Shown: positions 53,577 to 63,906, counted from the first letter of the stretch. The stretch is 64,000 bases of DNA from a virus (IMGVR_UViG_3300031867_000037:1-64000), one strand, 5' to 3'. Translations and numbers: made by a program. Notes: generated by a model not told the origin, from the sequence alone.

Positions 53577-53948
53577 ATGTTAGCAGATAAACCTTTTCAG
53601 ATTGACGGCGTTACTGTGCCAACGCCGTCAAGTTATGATTTTAGTATTGAAGATGTATCTTCTGAGGAAACAGGCAGAACGCTTGATGGCGTAATGCATA
53701 AGGACGTTGTTGCAGTAAAAGATTATTACACATGTACATGGAAGTCTTTGGGATGGAATGAAGCGGCTGAATTGTTAAGACTGGTTGACGGCAAAGAAAT
53801 TGTTACAGTTACTTATGCAGACCCACTCTTTCCTGATATGATGAAGGTTGGAGAGTTCTATGTCGGCAAACGTGCAGGCAAAGCAAATAATTTACGCAAT
53901 ATGAAAAATACGTGGAAGGATATAACATTTCAGTTTATTAGGATTTAA
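53577..53948 (+). CDS. distal tail-like protein
   Basis: Immediately after TMP; GRTLDGVMHKD motif. Confidence 0.65.
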   Translation: MLADKPFQIDGVTVPTPSSYDFSIEDVSSEETGRTLDGVMHKDVVAVKDYYTCTWKSLGWNEAAELLRLVDGKEIVTVTYADPLFPDMMKVGEFYVGKRAGKANNLRNMKNTWKDITFQFIRI

Positions 53949-53950
53949 TT

Positions 53951-56296
53951 ATGAAAAATATATCGAACGCATTTAAGCGGGCATTATTTTACAATAAGCG
54001 AGATTATATTGCTCTTGCCGACATAACTCTTACAGATGGCACAGTTTTACACTTAACTAACGATGAAATTTGGCAGGGCGGATATTCAAGAGAAGAAGCA
54101 ATTTCTGAGGACGAAAACTTTACGGTTCTTGGCTCCGCTATTATAAATTCTGCCACACTTATTATTAACAATATTAGCGATAAATTTTCTGAATACACAT
54201 TTGAAAAGGCTACTGTTCAACTACACGAAGCCATGGAGTTTACTAATGAAACTCCGTCCAGAACTGAATCGCTGTACGCCGGTGAATACACAGTAGAAGA
54301 TACAAAATATAACGGCGCTACAATAAAATTATCTTTAGTGGATAATATGTCTAAATTTGATAGACCTTATTCAGAAAGTAGCTTATCTTATCCTGCTACT
54401 TGTGATTCTATTATCCGAAATGCTTGTTCTGTTTGTGGTGTAACATTACAAACATTTGAATCCGCATTAAAGAATTTATCCATTCCTAATCCGCCTGAAA
54501 AAGAAGGAATTACATTCAGAGAAGTAATTAGTTGGGTCGCAACTATTTGTGGATGTTACGCTAAATGCGATACTCGTGGTAGATTAGAATTAAAGTGGAT
54601 TGATAGAACACTTTTACAGCAAACATTAGACAGTATAGATGGTGGTGAATTTGACGCAGGAACCCCATATTATACTACAGGCGTTAGTTTAAACGGTGGA
54701 ACATTTAATCCGTGGAATACAGGCGATGTATATGATGGCGGAGACTTTGCAGAACTAGATAATATCGCAACTATAAAAGGATTATCTTCACAAGATATTT
54801 GTGTTGACGATACAGTTATTGCAGGAGTTAGAATCTTAATAAAAGATAAGACGGCAGACAGTAACCAAGATATATTGTCATATGTGTATCCGTCTAATTA
54901 TACAGAAGGATTTGTTGTAGAGGTTTCAGACAACGAATTTATAACCACCGACAATGTTCAAACTATTTTGACACACTTAGGAACACTGTTATATGGCATG
55001 ACATTTAGAAAATTAAATGTTACTCAACTAAGTGACCCATCTATTGAAGCCGGTGATATAGGACTTGTAATTGATAGAAAACAACACTCTTATGCCATTA
55101 TTGTTACTAGATGCACATTTAAGATAGGTTCCATGCAAACTATTGTTTGCGGTTCTGAGTCGGCATTAAATAATTCATCCACAAGATTTTCACAAGCAAC
55201 TAAAACATTCCTTGAAACTAAAGCGATGATGAATGTTGAAAGGAATGAAAGAGTAATTGCATTACAACAATTATCAAACGCCTTAAACTCTAAAGCAGGT
55301 TTATATACAACAGTACAAACAACTTCTAGTGGTAGTATTTATTACATGCATGATTTGCCAAATTTGTCTGAATCTAAAGTTGTTTGGAAAATGACAAATG
55401 AAGCGTGGGGTGTTACTACTAATTATAACGGCGCACACCCAGAACAGACCGTATGGAATGCAGGTATGACTGTTGACGGCAATACTATTGTTAATATACT
55501 ATCTGCGGTAGGAATTAGTGCTAGTTGGATTAACACAGGAGAATTTTCTGCACATGATAGTAACGGTAACGAAACATTTTATGTTAATGCAGATAGCGGT
55601 GTTGTTAGAATCGTAGCAAATTCATTCTCCTTGTCAAATGGGAGCACTATTGATTCTATCGCACAGGCAAAAGCGTCTGCGGCAGTTAATGGTCAAACAC
55701 AACAATCAATTTTCAATAAATTAACCAATAATTCCGCTGACCAAGGAATTTACCTTGAGAACGGTAAAATATATATTAATTCGTCTTACATTAAGACGGG
55801 TGAACTTGTAGTTGGTGGACTGAATAACACATACGGTAAAATCACTGTAAAAGGTGTGAGCGGCACCGTGGCAAAAATTGATTTATCCGGAATAACAGCA
55901 GTTGGACACGAAAATTATGACGTTAATATACCGCTTAATATATTATTTACTGAGTATGGATTAAGCAGATACCATGATGATATTACAGTACCAGATATAG
56001 GACTTGGTTTCAGCAATATGACTGTAAACAATGTTCGATACCCGTATGCACAGTTGTGGGCATCTATGTTGGAACTAACTGCTCGGAATGGATTACCAAT
56101 AAGTCTATCATTTAGTAATCAAGGCAATAATTACGGCACAGAAATATATAGATTTGAAGTAGCTAAAGCCACATTCTCTGCTAAGTTGACAGCATCAGAA
56201 TTACACGCATCAAACGGATATAGCGGCACCGTTTATACAAATAATTTAAAGTTTACAATAAAAGACGGTATTGTAACTGAGGTAACTTCTACATAA
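53951..56296 (+). CDS. baseplate hub / tail-associated protein
   Basis: DNMSKFD, EAGD, VWKM...GVT...NAGMTVDG motifs. Confidence 0.75.
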   Translation: MKNISNAFKRALFYNKRDYIALADITLTDGTVLHLTNDEIWQGGYSREEAISEDENFTVLGSAIINSATLIINNISDKFSEYTFEKATVQLHEAMEFTNETPSRTESLYAGEYTVEDTKYNGATIKLSLVDNMSKFDRPYSESSLSYPATCDSIIRNACSVCGVTLQTFESALKNLSIPNPPEKEGITFREVISWVATICGCYAKCDTRGRLELKWIDRTLLQQTLDSIDGGEFDAGTPYYTTGVSLNGGTFNPWNTGDVYDGGDFAELDNIATIKGLSSQDICVDDTVIAGVRILIKDKTADSNQDILSYVYPSNYTEGFVVEVSDNEFITTDNVQTILTHLGTLLYGMTFRKLNVTQLSDPSIEAGDIGLVIDRKQHSYAIIVTRCTFKIGSMQTIVCGSESALNNSSTRFSQATKTFLETKAMMNVERNERVIALQQLSNALNSKAGLYTTVQTTSSGSIYYMHDLPNLSESKVVWKMTNEAWGVTTNYNGAHPEQTVWNAGMTVDGNTIVNILSAVGISASWINTGEFSAHDSNGNETFYVNADSGVVRIVANSFSLSNGSTIDSIAQAKASAAVNGQTQQSIFNKLTNNSADQGIYLENGKIYINSSYIKTGELVVGGLNNTYGKITVKGVSGTVAKIDLSGITAVGHENYDVNIPLNILFTEYGLSRYHDDITVPDIGLGFSNMTVNNVRYPYAQLWASMLELTARNGLPISLSFSNQGNNYGTEIYRFEVAKATFSAKLTASELHASNGYSGTVYTNNLKFTIKDGIVTEVTST

Positions 56297-56312
56297 TAAG
56301 TGAGGTACAACA

Positions 56313-56534
56313 ATGCAAATAGATTTAATTAAAAATCAAATTGGCGGATTAATAAACGGGTTTCTTGCACAAAAGTTAGTAACACCAACAGAAATGCGCT
56401 ATGTGCTTAAAGCAATTCAAAGTGAAGTTGCTGAACTGGAACTAACTGAGAGTTACATTAAACATTCGCAAATAGAGCATAAAAAAGAACAATCAGAGCA
56501 TAAACAGGAACAATTAGAGGAGAATAACGAGTAA
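56313..56534 (+). CDS. small coiled-coil tail-region protein
   Basis: Synteny. Confidence 0.55.
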   Translation: MQIDLIKNQIGGLINGFLAQKLVTPTEMRYVLKAIQSEVAELELTESYIKHSQIEHKKEQSEHKQEQLEENNE

Positions 56535-56896
56535 TGGCTATTCAATTAAGACGAGGAAATTATACAAATTTTGACCCGTCAAAAATGCGTCCTGGTGAAG
56601 TTGCAGTAGTGCAGACTGGTGACCCAAATACACGTAGCGGAAAAGCTATGTATATAGCACCAACTTCAAATGAAGTAAAACGAGTAGCATTTGTTGATGA
56701 TGTGGAAGAAATCGTGTATAATGTAACTGATGATATAGCGGAAGAAATTAATGACCAAGTAGCTGAAAATGTTAGTGCGGCACAAACAGCGGCTAATAAT
56801 GCAGCCAATAGCGCACAAAAGGCATCACAGTATGTCGTAAGATTTTCAGACCCAAATTCAGATGGTAATATTGTAGTAACTATTGGAGGTGCATAA
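56534..56896 (+). CDS. tail-region protein (IQLRRG...GE motif)
   Basis: MAIQLRRG...PGEVA typical of fibre N-terminal domains. Confidence 0.65.
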   Translation: MAIQLRRGNYTNFDPSKMRPGEVAVVQTGDPNTRSGKAMYIAPTSNEVKRVAFVDDVEEIVYNVTDDIAEEINDQVAENVSAAQTAANNAANSAQKASQYVVRFSDPNSDGNIVVTIGGA

Positions 56897-57075
56897 TGTT
56901 AAGTTATTCTAAGGCACAAGACAGGGGCGGAACAAAGAGGTATGTCGAAGGTAGCTGTTTATCTACTGACACAAAACCAACAACAAATATTGCAAACGGT
57001 TCTATGTTATTAGAAATGGATACTGGTAAAATATTTGTATTTGATGAAGAAAACTCTGAATGGAAGGAGTTTTAA
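56896..57075 (+). CDS. small tail-region protein (59 aa)
   Basis: CLSTDTKPT...NGS...EMDTGK...FDEE..W; hand-translated. Confidence 0.7.
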   Translation: MLSYSKAQDRGGTKRYVEGSCLSTDTKPTTNIANGSMLLEMDTGKIFVFDEENSEWKEF

Positions 57076-57076
57076 T

Positions 57077-57211
57077 ATGGACATTTTATCATATCTTTTA
57101 GGATTAAAGAGCGGTGAAAAGAAGGGTAAAGATGTGGAAATAGAGAGTGATTATATTTTTACGGACCCTAATTCAGACGGTAATATTGTAGTAACAAAGG
57201 AGGGTGAATAA
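57077..57211 (+). CDS. small tail-region protein (44 aa)
   Basis: MDILSYLLG...FTDPNSDGNIVVT; hand-translated. Confidence 0.65.
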   Translation: MDILSYLLGLKSGEKKGKDVEIESDYIFTDPNSDGNIVVTKEGE

Positions 57212-60000
57212 TGGCTAATATATCCTTCAAATCAATTACTTTTCCGGGATTGGCAAACAAGTATCAAGTTCCGGAGATTAGTAATGACTTAATGACACAA
57301 GGAAAAGCCGCAGATTCAAAAGCAACAGGTGATGCGCTTAGTGCATTGGAAGATTTAATGGACGATGAAGTAGGTGAAATAAAGGCTGATTTAGAAGATA
57401 ACGTAAATGATTTAAAGAGCGCAACAGGCAACATTGCGGATCGTCTGGACGCAATAGACGGTGAGGGATATATTCATTTTACAAATCATCAATCAATTAC
57501 GTTTGTCGATTCAAGCCACATTTGGACATACACAACCGGATTAAATAAATATGCCGCCGTTACAGAAGATGATATGTTCCATCTCAGCGCGGGGGATAAA
57601 ATCCATGTTACTGGCGGTGTGGTGTATGGCGTTTTTTATAGGAAGGATGCGGATGGGGCTTACGGGAGCACAACAGGCGCTAGCAGTGATTACACGGCAT
57701 TGCATGACGGAATGTATGCAATTTCCGCGACCCTTAACCCGCAAGTAAATTTAACTGATTCGGAATTCAAACGGCTTGTTAGTTATTTCAGCATTATTCG
57801 GGCTGAGTATGCGCTAAAGGATATCAACGCGACATTGACGGAACAGCGCGAGGATATTAATATGCTGTCCGCTGGCCTGAAAGACAATACCGCAACAGAT
57901 GCAATCCCAATGATTGATGGGAAATACTTTAATCTGACCGGGTCTACTGTGACAATAACAAACAATGTGCCAGTGCCAAGCAATAATGATGCAACTTATA
58001 AATGCGGATATATGGCTTGTTCTCCGGGCGATGTGTTTACAGTAAGCGGCCTTGGTGGGAATGCGGCGAGGCTATGGGGGTTCATCAGCAGTTCCGGGAC
58101 GGTTTTGAGTTCCAAGTCCGACGCAGGAGCGAATGAAACAAATAAAACAGTTATAGCGCCTACAAGTGCCGCATGGATTATTATCAATACAAAAAACGAT
58201 TTGATATCCTATAAAGGAACACTTGTACAGTTGCGTTTGAGCGCACTGGAAACGAACAGCGCGACAAAAACGGAATTAAATACTGCCGACAGCAACACGA
58301 ACGCGAGGATTGACAAGACTAATACCGATATTATCAACATTACCGGGAATACTCCTGTTGATATGGCGACCGGGAAATATATCAATCTTACGGGCGCGTC
58401 TGTAACCATGTCTGACGGAGTGCCGCAAGCAAGCGCTTCAGACGCAAACTACAGTTACGGTGTTATCCAGTGCGTTGCGGGAGACATTATTACCGTAAAC
58501 GGTAAAGGCGGCGGCGCAGCCCGGTTGTGGGGCTTTGTAAAAAGTGACGGAACTGTACTTGATTACAAGGCCAATGCGGATGCGGTAGGGACAAATACAA
58601 TGATTGTTGCGCCTGTCGGTGCGGCATGGGCAATTATCAACACGAAGGCCGGAGGCATATCGTACAAAGGGACTTTGGTTTATGCGCGTCTCGATACCAT
58701 AGAATCCGATATACTGAATAATCCGACAAGCGGAATAGGGAATTGCACGATCAGATGCGCGAAGGAGCAGTCATTTACTGATGGCAGTCATCCCGTTATA
58801 CAGTGGTATCTGCTTGAAAAACCCGGCAGTGTACATGAACTGTATTATTCTAAAGACCTGTTCTATAAACGGTATCTGACAACTTTTGACGGCGATACAT
58901 ATATGTATAGTTGGGGTATCCTGCAAAACGGTGATATTATCGTCTGCCGGGATGCAAGCAGCATAAACAAAACGGATAAGAATGATGCAAATCGTGTCAA
59001 TCCGTATGTGTATCTTGCGTCTGAAAGGTGGAAAGTACGTCATGAAGTAAACTTTGGCAGTGCAATAAAACCATGCGGATGGTTGCAGAATTCCGGGTTT
59101 AAGGTGCTTGCCGATGGTAGTGCCATATGGTGCGAATATACACGGCAAAGTACCGCAACAGCAAATGTCTGGAAGCTCAGTGGTGATCCGCTTGACCCGA
59201 ATAACTGGGTAATCACGAAGTCCTTCCCGATAACAACAGAGGATAATTTGTATGGCTTTAAACATTGCCATATGATTTCACAGGACTTCTATACCGGTGT
59301 GTGCTATTTCTCAACTGGTGATGATGATGCTCACAGTATGATGTTCGCCAGTACGGATAATGGCTCGACATGGACACAGTTGGTATCGCATGATAGCAGT
59401 GGGGAGAACGACCTTGGGTATGCCAATGGAAGCCAGATTTATTGCCGCAACCTAACGCTGACTTTTACCAAAGATTATATCTATTGGTCTACAGACGCAC
59501 CGGAAGCGGTTTTGCACAAGATACTTCGCGCCGGAAGGGATGCAAATGGCATTCTTGATTTCAGCAATTGCGATATTCTTGCAACAATTCCAGAAGTATC
59601 TTCACTTGCAACATACGGAACTGTACTGATACCTGAATTGGACGCCATTTTGCTTTTGGAGCGTTCTGATAGCGGAGCAACTCAAATGCCTGTTAGGTTG
59701 TACACGCTCAAAGACAACGAACTGCATACGCTTGGTACGCTGAAAAGCGTAAGCAATGGTGTGATAAATCTGGGATTCCGCACACGTTTCTCTGAATGGT
59801 ATCCGAACGATTGCAAGTGCCACATCGGGTATGAACTGCGTCAAAATGGTTGGAACGACTGTGTGAACAGAATTGCCGCGTTTGGAAACAATGGGAACAA
59901 CGTAACGGGATACGGTGCGAATAACATCAATAATTTGGTCGTTAAAGTATATTTTGACGGCACAGATTACGGCATGGTGCTCGATACCATCTATGTGTAA
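57211..60000 (+). CDS. tail fibre / receptor-binding protein with C-terminal beta-propeller-like domain
   Basis: 929 aa; internal duplicated ~110-aa domain; Asp-box STDNGSTW. Confidence 0.7.
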   Translation: MANISFKSITFPGLANKYQVPEISNDLMTQGKAADSKATGDALSALEDLMDDEVGEIKADLEDNVNDLKSATGNIADRLDAIDGEGYIHFTNHQSITFVDSSHIWTYTTGLNKYAAVTEDDMFHLSAGDKIHVTGGVVYGVFYRKDADGAYGSTTGASSDYTALHDGMYAISATLNPQVNLTDSEFKRLVSYFSIIRAEYALKDINATLTEQREDINMLSAGLKDNTATDAIPMIDGKYFNLTGSTVTITNNVPVPSNNDATYKCGYMACSPGDVFTVSGLGGNAARLWGFISSSGTVLSSKSDAGANETNKTVIAPTSAAWIIINTKNDLISYKGTLVQLRLSALETNSATKTELNTADSNTNARIDKTNTDIINITGNTPVDMATGKYINLTGASVTMSDGVPQASASDANYSYGVIQCVAGDIITVNGKGGGAARLWGFVKSDGTVLDYKANADAVGTNTMIVAPVGAAWAIINTKAGGISYKGTLVYARLDTIESDILNNPTSGIGNCTIRCAKEQSFTDGSHPVIQWYLLEKPGSVHELYYSKDLFYKRYLTTFDGDTYMYSWGILQNGDIIVCRDASSINKTDKNDANRVNPYVYLASERWKVRHEVNFGSAIKPCGWLQNSGFKVLADGSAIWCEYTRQSTATANVWKLSGDPLDPNNWVITKSFPITTEDNLYGFKHCHMISQDFYTGVCYFSTGDDDAHSMMFASTDNGSTWTQLVSHDSSGENDLGYANGSQIYCRNLTLTFTKDYIYWSTDAPEAVLHKILRAGRDANGILDFSNCDILATIPEVSSLATYGTVLIPELDAILLLERSDSGATQMPVRLYTLKDNELHTLGTLKSVSNGVINLGFRTRFSEWYPNDCKCHIGYELRQNGWNDCVNRIAAFGNNGNNVTGYGANNINNLVVKVYFDGTDYGMVLDTIYV

Positions 60001-60110
60001 CCTAACTCAATGGACACTTTAAATCATCGCATTAGTAAACTAAACGCCCATTTAGAATCATTCGATAAACAGGCACAACTACAATAATAGAATAATGAGA
60101 GGATTATTAT

Positions 60111-60317
60111 ATGCAAATTTATGATTTTGTAGAACCTGAATTGGATACATTCCGAAACCTGTGTAACTTCTCAGAACACGAATTGCAATATTTTAATCTA
60201 AGGGCAAAACGAAAGTCTAATGTTGAAATTGCTCTAGGAATGAATGTTTCAGAAAGTCAAGTATCCAAATTAGCAAGGCGTGTAAAAAGCAAAATAAATC
60301 GTATAAATAGCATATAA
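60111..60317 (+). CDS. LuxR/sigma-region-4-type HTH protein
   Basis: SNVEIALGMNVSESQVSKLARRVK. Confidence 0.75.
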   Translation: MQIYDFVEPELDTFRNLCNFSEHELQYFNLRAKRKSNVEIALGMNVSESQVSKLARRVKSKINRINSI

Positions 60318-60346
60318 AATAAGAAGTAATTCGATACTCAAATTAT

Positions 60347-60380
60347 AGAGACACTGTAGAATCTACAGTGTCTCTTTTAT
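60347..60380 (+). terminator. intrinsic terminator
   Basis: AGAGACACTGTAG/CTACAGTGTCTCT plus T tract. Confidence 0.75.
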
Positions 60381-60414
60381 TATATACTTCTTTTGAAAGC
60401 GAGGAGTAATATCT

Positions 60415-60795
60415 ATGGGTTACGTAAGTTATAATCCTAACCCCGAAAGAAAATTAGTTGGTGATTGTGTTATTAGAGCGATAGCAAAAGCCACTAATAG
60501 TTCATGGGAAGATGTGTTTTTAGATATTATGATACAAGCATTTTGTATGCACGATATACCATCTTCTAATGATGTGTGGGGAACATATTTATCACAACAC
60601 GGTTTTAAACGATATATTATTCCAGATACTTGTCCTAATTGTTACACGATTAAACAATTTGTTGAGGATAATCCTAATTTAGAAGGTATCCTTGCAACCG
60701 GCACTCATGTTGTAGCATTTGGGGAAGGTATCTTTTATGATACATGGGATAGTGGCAATGAAATACCAATCTATTATTGGCGAAAGGAGAAATGA
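60415..60795 (+). CDS. hypothetical protein with papain-like C/H/D pattern
   Basis: GDCVIRAI...HVVA...YDTWDS. Confidence 0.55.
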   Translation: MGYVSYNPNPERKLVGDCVIRAIAKATNSSWEDVFLDIMIQAFCMHDIPSSNDVWGTYLSQHGFKRYIIPDTCPNCYTIKQFVEDNPNLEGILATGTHVVAFGEGIFYDTWDSGNEIPIYYWRKEK

Positions 60796-60798
60796 TAA

Positions 60799-61236
60799 AT
60801 GGCATATAATAACGGATTTCCTATGAATTATCAACAAATGTATCCTCAATATAGTTATGTTCCACAACAAACAACAGTTGTACCACAACAACCACAAGTT
60901 GTACAACAGCCCGTAAGTGATAATGGAATTTTATGGGTACAAGGTGAAGCTGGAGCAAAATCTTGGGCAGTTGCACCTGGTAAAAGTGTAATGCTTATGG
61001 ATAGTGAATCTAATACTTTCTATATTAAATCATCTGACCAGAGTGGGATGCCGCTGCCGTTAAGAATCTTTGATTATACGGAACGAACTGTTCAACAATC
61101 TGCTCCGCCGGTTGCACAACATGTAGAATTTGATACTTCTCAATTTGTAACTAGGGAAGAATTCAATAAAAAACTAGATGAATTGATGGCAAAGAATAGC
61201 AGAACAGCAAAGAAGGGAGATGCTTCTAATGGCTAA
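60799..61236 (+). CDS. Q/P-rich hypothetical protein
   Basis: WVQGEAGAKS...LMDSE...FYIKS. Confidence 0.7.
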   Translation: MAYNNGFPMNYQQMYPQYSYVPQQTTVVPQQPQVVQQPVSDNGILWVQGEAGAKSWAVAPGKSVMLMDSESNTFYIKSSDQSGMPLPLRIFDYTERTVQQSAPPVAQHVEFDTSQFVTREEFNKKLDELMAKNSRTAKKGDASNG

Positions 61237-61453
61237 TTCTTTATACAATGTATTAGGCAATAATTCTTCACTTCCCGCACCGTTTAATAATATGCAAAAT
61301 TTTGTACAGAAATTGAACAATTTTAGACAAACATTTCAAGGTGACCCAAGACAGCAAGTTCAACAACTTCTTAATTCAGGTCAAATGTCGCAACAGCAAT
61401 ATAACCAACTTTCTCAAATGGCGACACAAATCCAAAATATGTTAAACAAGTGA
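61229..61453 (+). CDS. small Q/N-rich protein
   Basis: GDPRQQVQQLLNSGQMSQQQYNQL. Confidence 0.7.
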   Translation: MANSLYNVLGNNSSLPAPFNNMQNFVQKLNNFRQTFQGDPRQQVQQLLNSGQMSQQQYNQLSQMATQIQNMLNK

Positions 61454-61511
61454 TACAAAAACCATGCGCAAGGTTTCAGTATAAATATTATTTTTGAAAG
61501 GAATTAATACT

Positions 61512-62393
61512 ATGTCTTTAACAGAAGAAAGCGGAGGTAACGGTATGATTATGCCCGTTTCGCCTATGTATGGCGGTGGTGGCTCTGGCTTTGGCGGTTG
61601 GGGCGGAGACAACGGCTGGTGGATTATTCTTCTTTTCTTATTCGCACTCGGTGGCTGGGGTAACGGCTTCGGTGGCGGATATGGTGGAGGTGGCGCAATG
61701 CCGTATATTTTGAACAACTCTACAAATGCTGATGTTCAGAGAGGGTTTGACCAGCAGTCAGTAATGGCTGGGATTGGCAGTTTACAGAATGGAATTTCTG
61801 GAATTTCTACTCAGCTTTGCAATGGATTTGGGGACGTACAGCAGTCCCTCTGCAATGGTTTTGCAGGAGTTAATGCAACAGTTAATAATGGGTTCTTTAA
61901 TGCTGAGACAGCGGCTAATTCCCGTCAGATGGCAAATATGAATCAGGCATTTGGTGCACAGACAGCTATGATGCAGGGATTCAACGGATTACAGAGCCAG
62001 TTTGCAGATTGTTGTTGTGAAAACAGGCTTGCAAGTGCAGACCTTAAATACACGATTGCAACAGAAAATTGTGCAGATAGGGCGGCACTTAATGAAAGCG
62101 TCAGAGACATTTTACAGAATCAGAACGCAGGTATTCAGAGAATTCTTGATACTATGTGCCAGGATAAGATTGATGCCAAGAATGAAACTATTGCACAGCT
62201 TAGGTCTGAACTTATGTTTGCACGTGGACAGGCTTCTCAGGATGTGCAGACAGCGACAATTCAAGCTGGTCAGAGAGCCTTAGCAAATGAAGTCGAACAG
62301 TATGTACTTCCGACACCGAGACCGGCGTACATTGTACAGAATCCGAATTGTTGTACACAGAACTTCGGCGGTTGTGGATGCGGTGTAGCATAA
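61512..62393 (+). CDS. Gly-rich, TM-bearing, Cys-tailed hypothetical protein
   Basis: WWIILLFLFA TM in Gly-rich region; DCCCEN; C-terminal CCTQNFGGCGCG. Confidence 0.75.
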   Translation: MSLTEESGGNGMIMPVSPMYGGGGSGFGGWGGDNGWWIILLFLFALGGWGNGFGGGYGGGGAMPYILNNSTNADVQRGFDQQSVMAGIGSLQNGISGISTQLCNGFGDVQQSLCNGFAGVNATVNNGFFNAETAANSRQMANMNQAFGAQTAMMQGFNGLQSQFADCCCENRLASADLKYTIATENCADRAALNESVRDILQNQNAGIQRILDTMCQDKIDAKNETIAQLRSELMFARGQASQDVQTATIQAGQRALANEVEQYVLPTPRPAYIVQNPNCCTQNFGGCGCGVA

Positions 62394-62406
62394 GCGGAGG
62401 TACAAT

Positions 62407-62871
62407 ATGGCAGAATATTTAACCAGAGATGCAGTAGAGAGCGTACAACTTAATACTCCAATCTCATTTGTGGATTCTATTCCGTGTAATCGTGGCTATG
62501 TATTTCATCAGAGCGGCACAGGAATTTTTGTTCTGCGTGGAATTGTAAATAATCCTAATGCTTGTTTTGCTAGATACGATATTAGTTTTACGGCTAATAT
62601 TGCGATTCCTACCGGCGGTGTAGTAACACCAATAGCAACTGCAATAGTTGTGTCTGGAGAAAGTCGAGACGGAAGTCGTAGCATATTTACTCCTGCGGCA
62701 GTAGATACATATGGAAATGTTACTAGCAGAGCAACAGTAGATGTTCCTCGTGGATGTTGTTTTACTGTATCAGTAGAGTATGTAAACGGCTCAGTTAATG
62801 ACCCGACAGTAACACCGACACCGCTTATCAATGTAGTTGACGGCAGTTTAAAAATTAGTAGAACAGCATAA
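62407..62871 (+). CDS. beta-rich protein, possibly BclA-CTD/C1q-like
   Basis: All-beta pattern HQSGTGIFVLRG...RYDISFTANI. Confidence 0.55.
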   Translation: MAEYLTRDAVESVQLNTPISFVDSIPCNRGYVFHQSGTGIFVLRGIVNNPNACFARYDISFTANIAIPTGGVVTPIATAIVVSGESRDGSRSIFTPAAVDTYGNVTSRATVDVPRGCCFTVSVEYVNGSVNDPTVTPTPLINVVDGSLKISRTA

Positions 62872-62888
62872 GAAAGGAGGTATGTCTG

Positions 62889-63485
62889 ATGAATAAACAT
62901 TGCGAAGCAGTAAAAGAAATTCTGGAAGACCAGATTAAAAAGATTGCGAAAAAAGGAGACATAACTCCTCAAGAACTTGATAGTCTGTATAAAGCATCTG
63001 CCGTTGTTCTTGATTTTGAAACAAGGGAGGCGATGAAACGTGCCGAAGAACAAAACCCAATGCAGGGCGAACAGTCTAATGATTATTCTACGGCAAACTA
63101 TAATCGCAGAGGCAGTTATATGAACGGTCAGTCTACACACTATCCGTGGTTTATGTATCACGATGGAATGAGTAGAGAAAGAAATTCATATGGCCCTATT
63201 TGGAATCAAGAAATGGAAAATAAATCATTAAAAGAAGTACATTCTAACGACCAGGCTTATGACAGTGCTTATGACGGAGCCTATGATGGAAGTTATGATG
63301 CATCTACCGAAAATTCATATCGCAGAGGTCGTGATGCAAGAACTGGTAGATACGTAAGCAGGGACGGCAATTCAGCAGATAAACAACGCATGATTGGTAA
63401 GTTACAAGATATGATGGATGATGCAAAATCACCGCAGGAGCGAAGTGCTTTACAGCAATGTGTTGACAGACTGGAAAAAATGTAA
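62889..63485 (+). CDS. hypothetical protein (RGRDARTGRYVSRD motif)
   Basis: RBS AGAAAGGAGG; S/Y/D-rich repeats. Confidence 0.7.
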   Translation: MNKHCEAVKEILEDQIKKIAKKGDITPQELDSLYKASAVVLDFETREAMKRAEEQNPMQGEQSNDYSTANYNRRGSYMNGQSTHYPWFMYHDGMSRERNSYGPIWNQEMENKSLKEVHSNDQAYDSAYDGAYDGSYDASTENSYRRGRDARTGRYVSRDGNSADKQRMIGKLQDMMDDAKSPQERSALQQCVDRLEKM

Positions 63486-63496
63486 TTATAATACTA

Positions 63497-63523
63497 GAGG
63501 GAGAGAAATCTCCCTCATTTTTA
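63497..63523 (+). terminator. intrinsic terminator
   Basis: GAGGGAGA-GAAA-TCTCCCTC plus T tract. Confidence 0.7.
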
Positions 63524-63541
63524 AATTGAGCGTATATTATA

Positions 63542-63889
63542 ATGGATATAAACACTGTCAATGCACTAATAGATGAATTGGAAGAGAGTGAACCTTCATT
63601 ATCTAATATAAGAAATCTTTCAGCATTATATACTGTAAAGGCGCATTTATTAGGCACTTCCAATTATGATTCTACTACTGCCGAACTGAATGATATATTA
63701 CCGTCTTATATGCAGTATATTGATGCAAAAAAGGACTATCAAATGTACAAAACTACTGCAAAGGATGTGTGCATAAATATGCAAAAATTATGCAAGGAAA
63801 TAAAAGAATTCATACAGACTTTGTACAATAATACAGATATGCCAGAAGAACGAGAAATAATTAAACAGATGGTTAAAGAGATACAGTAA
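63542..63889 (+). CDS. hypothetical helical protein
   Basis: Last ORF of post-tail module. Confidence 0.65.
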   Translation: MDINTVNALIDELEESEPSLSNIRNLSALYTVKAHLLGTSNYDSTTAELNDILPSYMQYIDAKKDYQMYKTTAKDVCINMQKLCKEIKEFIQTLYNNTDMPEEREIIKQMVKEIQ

Positions 63890-63906
63890 TGTATCTCTTA
63901 TTTTTT
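63876..63906 (+). terminator. intrinsic terminator
   Basis: AAGAGATACA-GTAA-TGTATCTCTT plus T tract. Confidence 0.75.

Noticed and set aside
62508-63161. 217-aa minus-strand ORF
   Set aside because: Antisense across two well-supported plus-strand genes.
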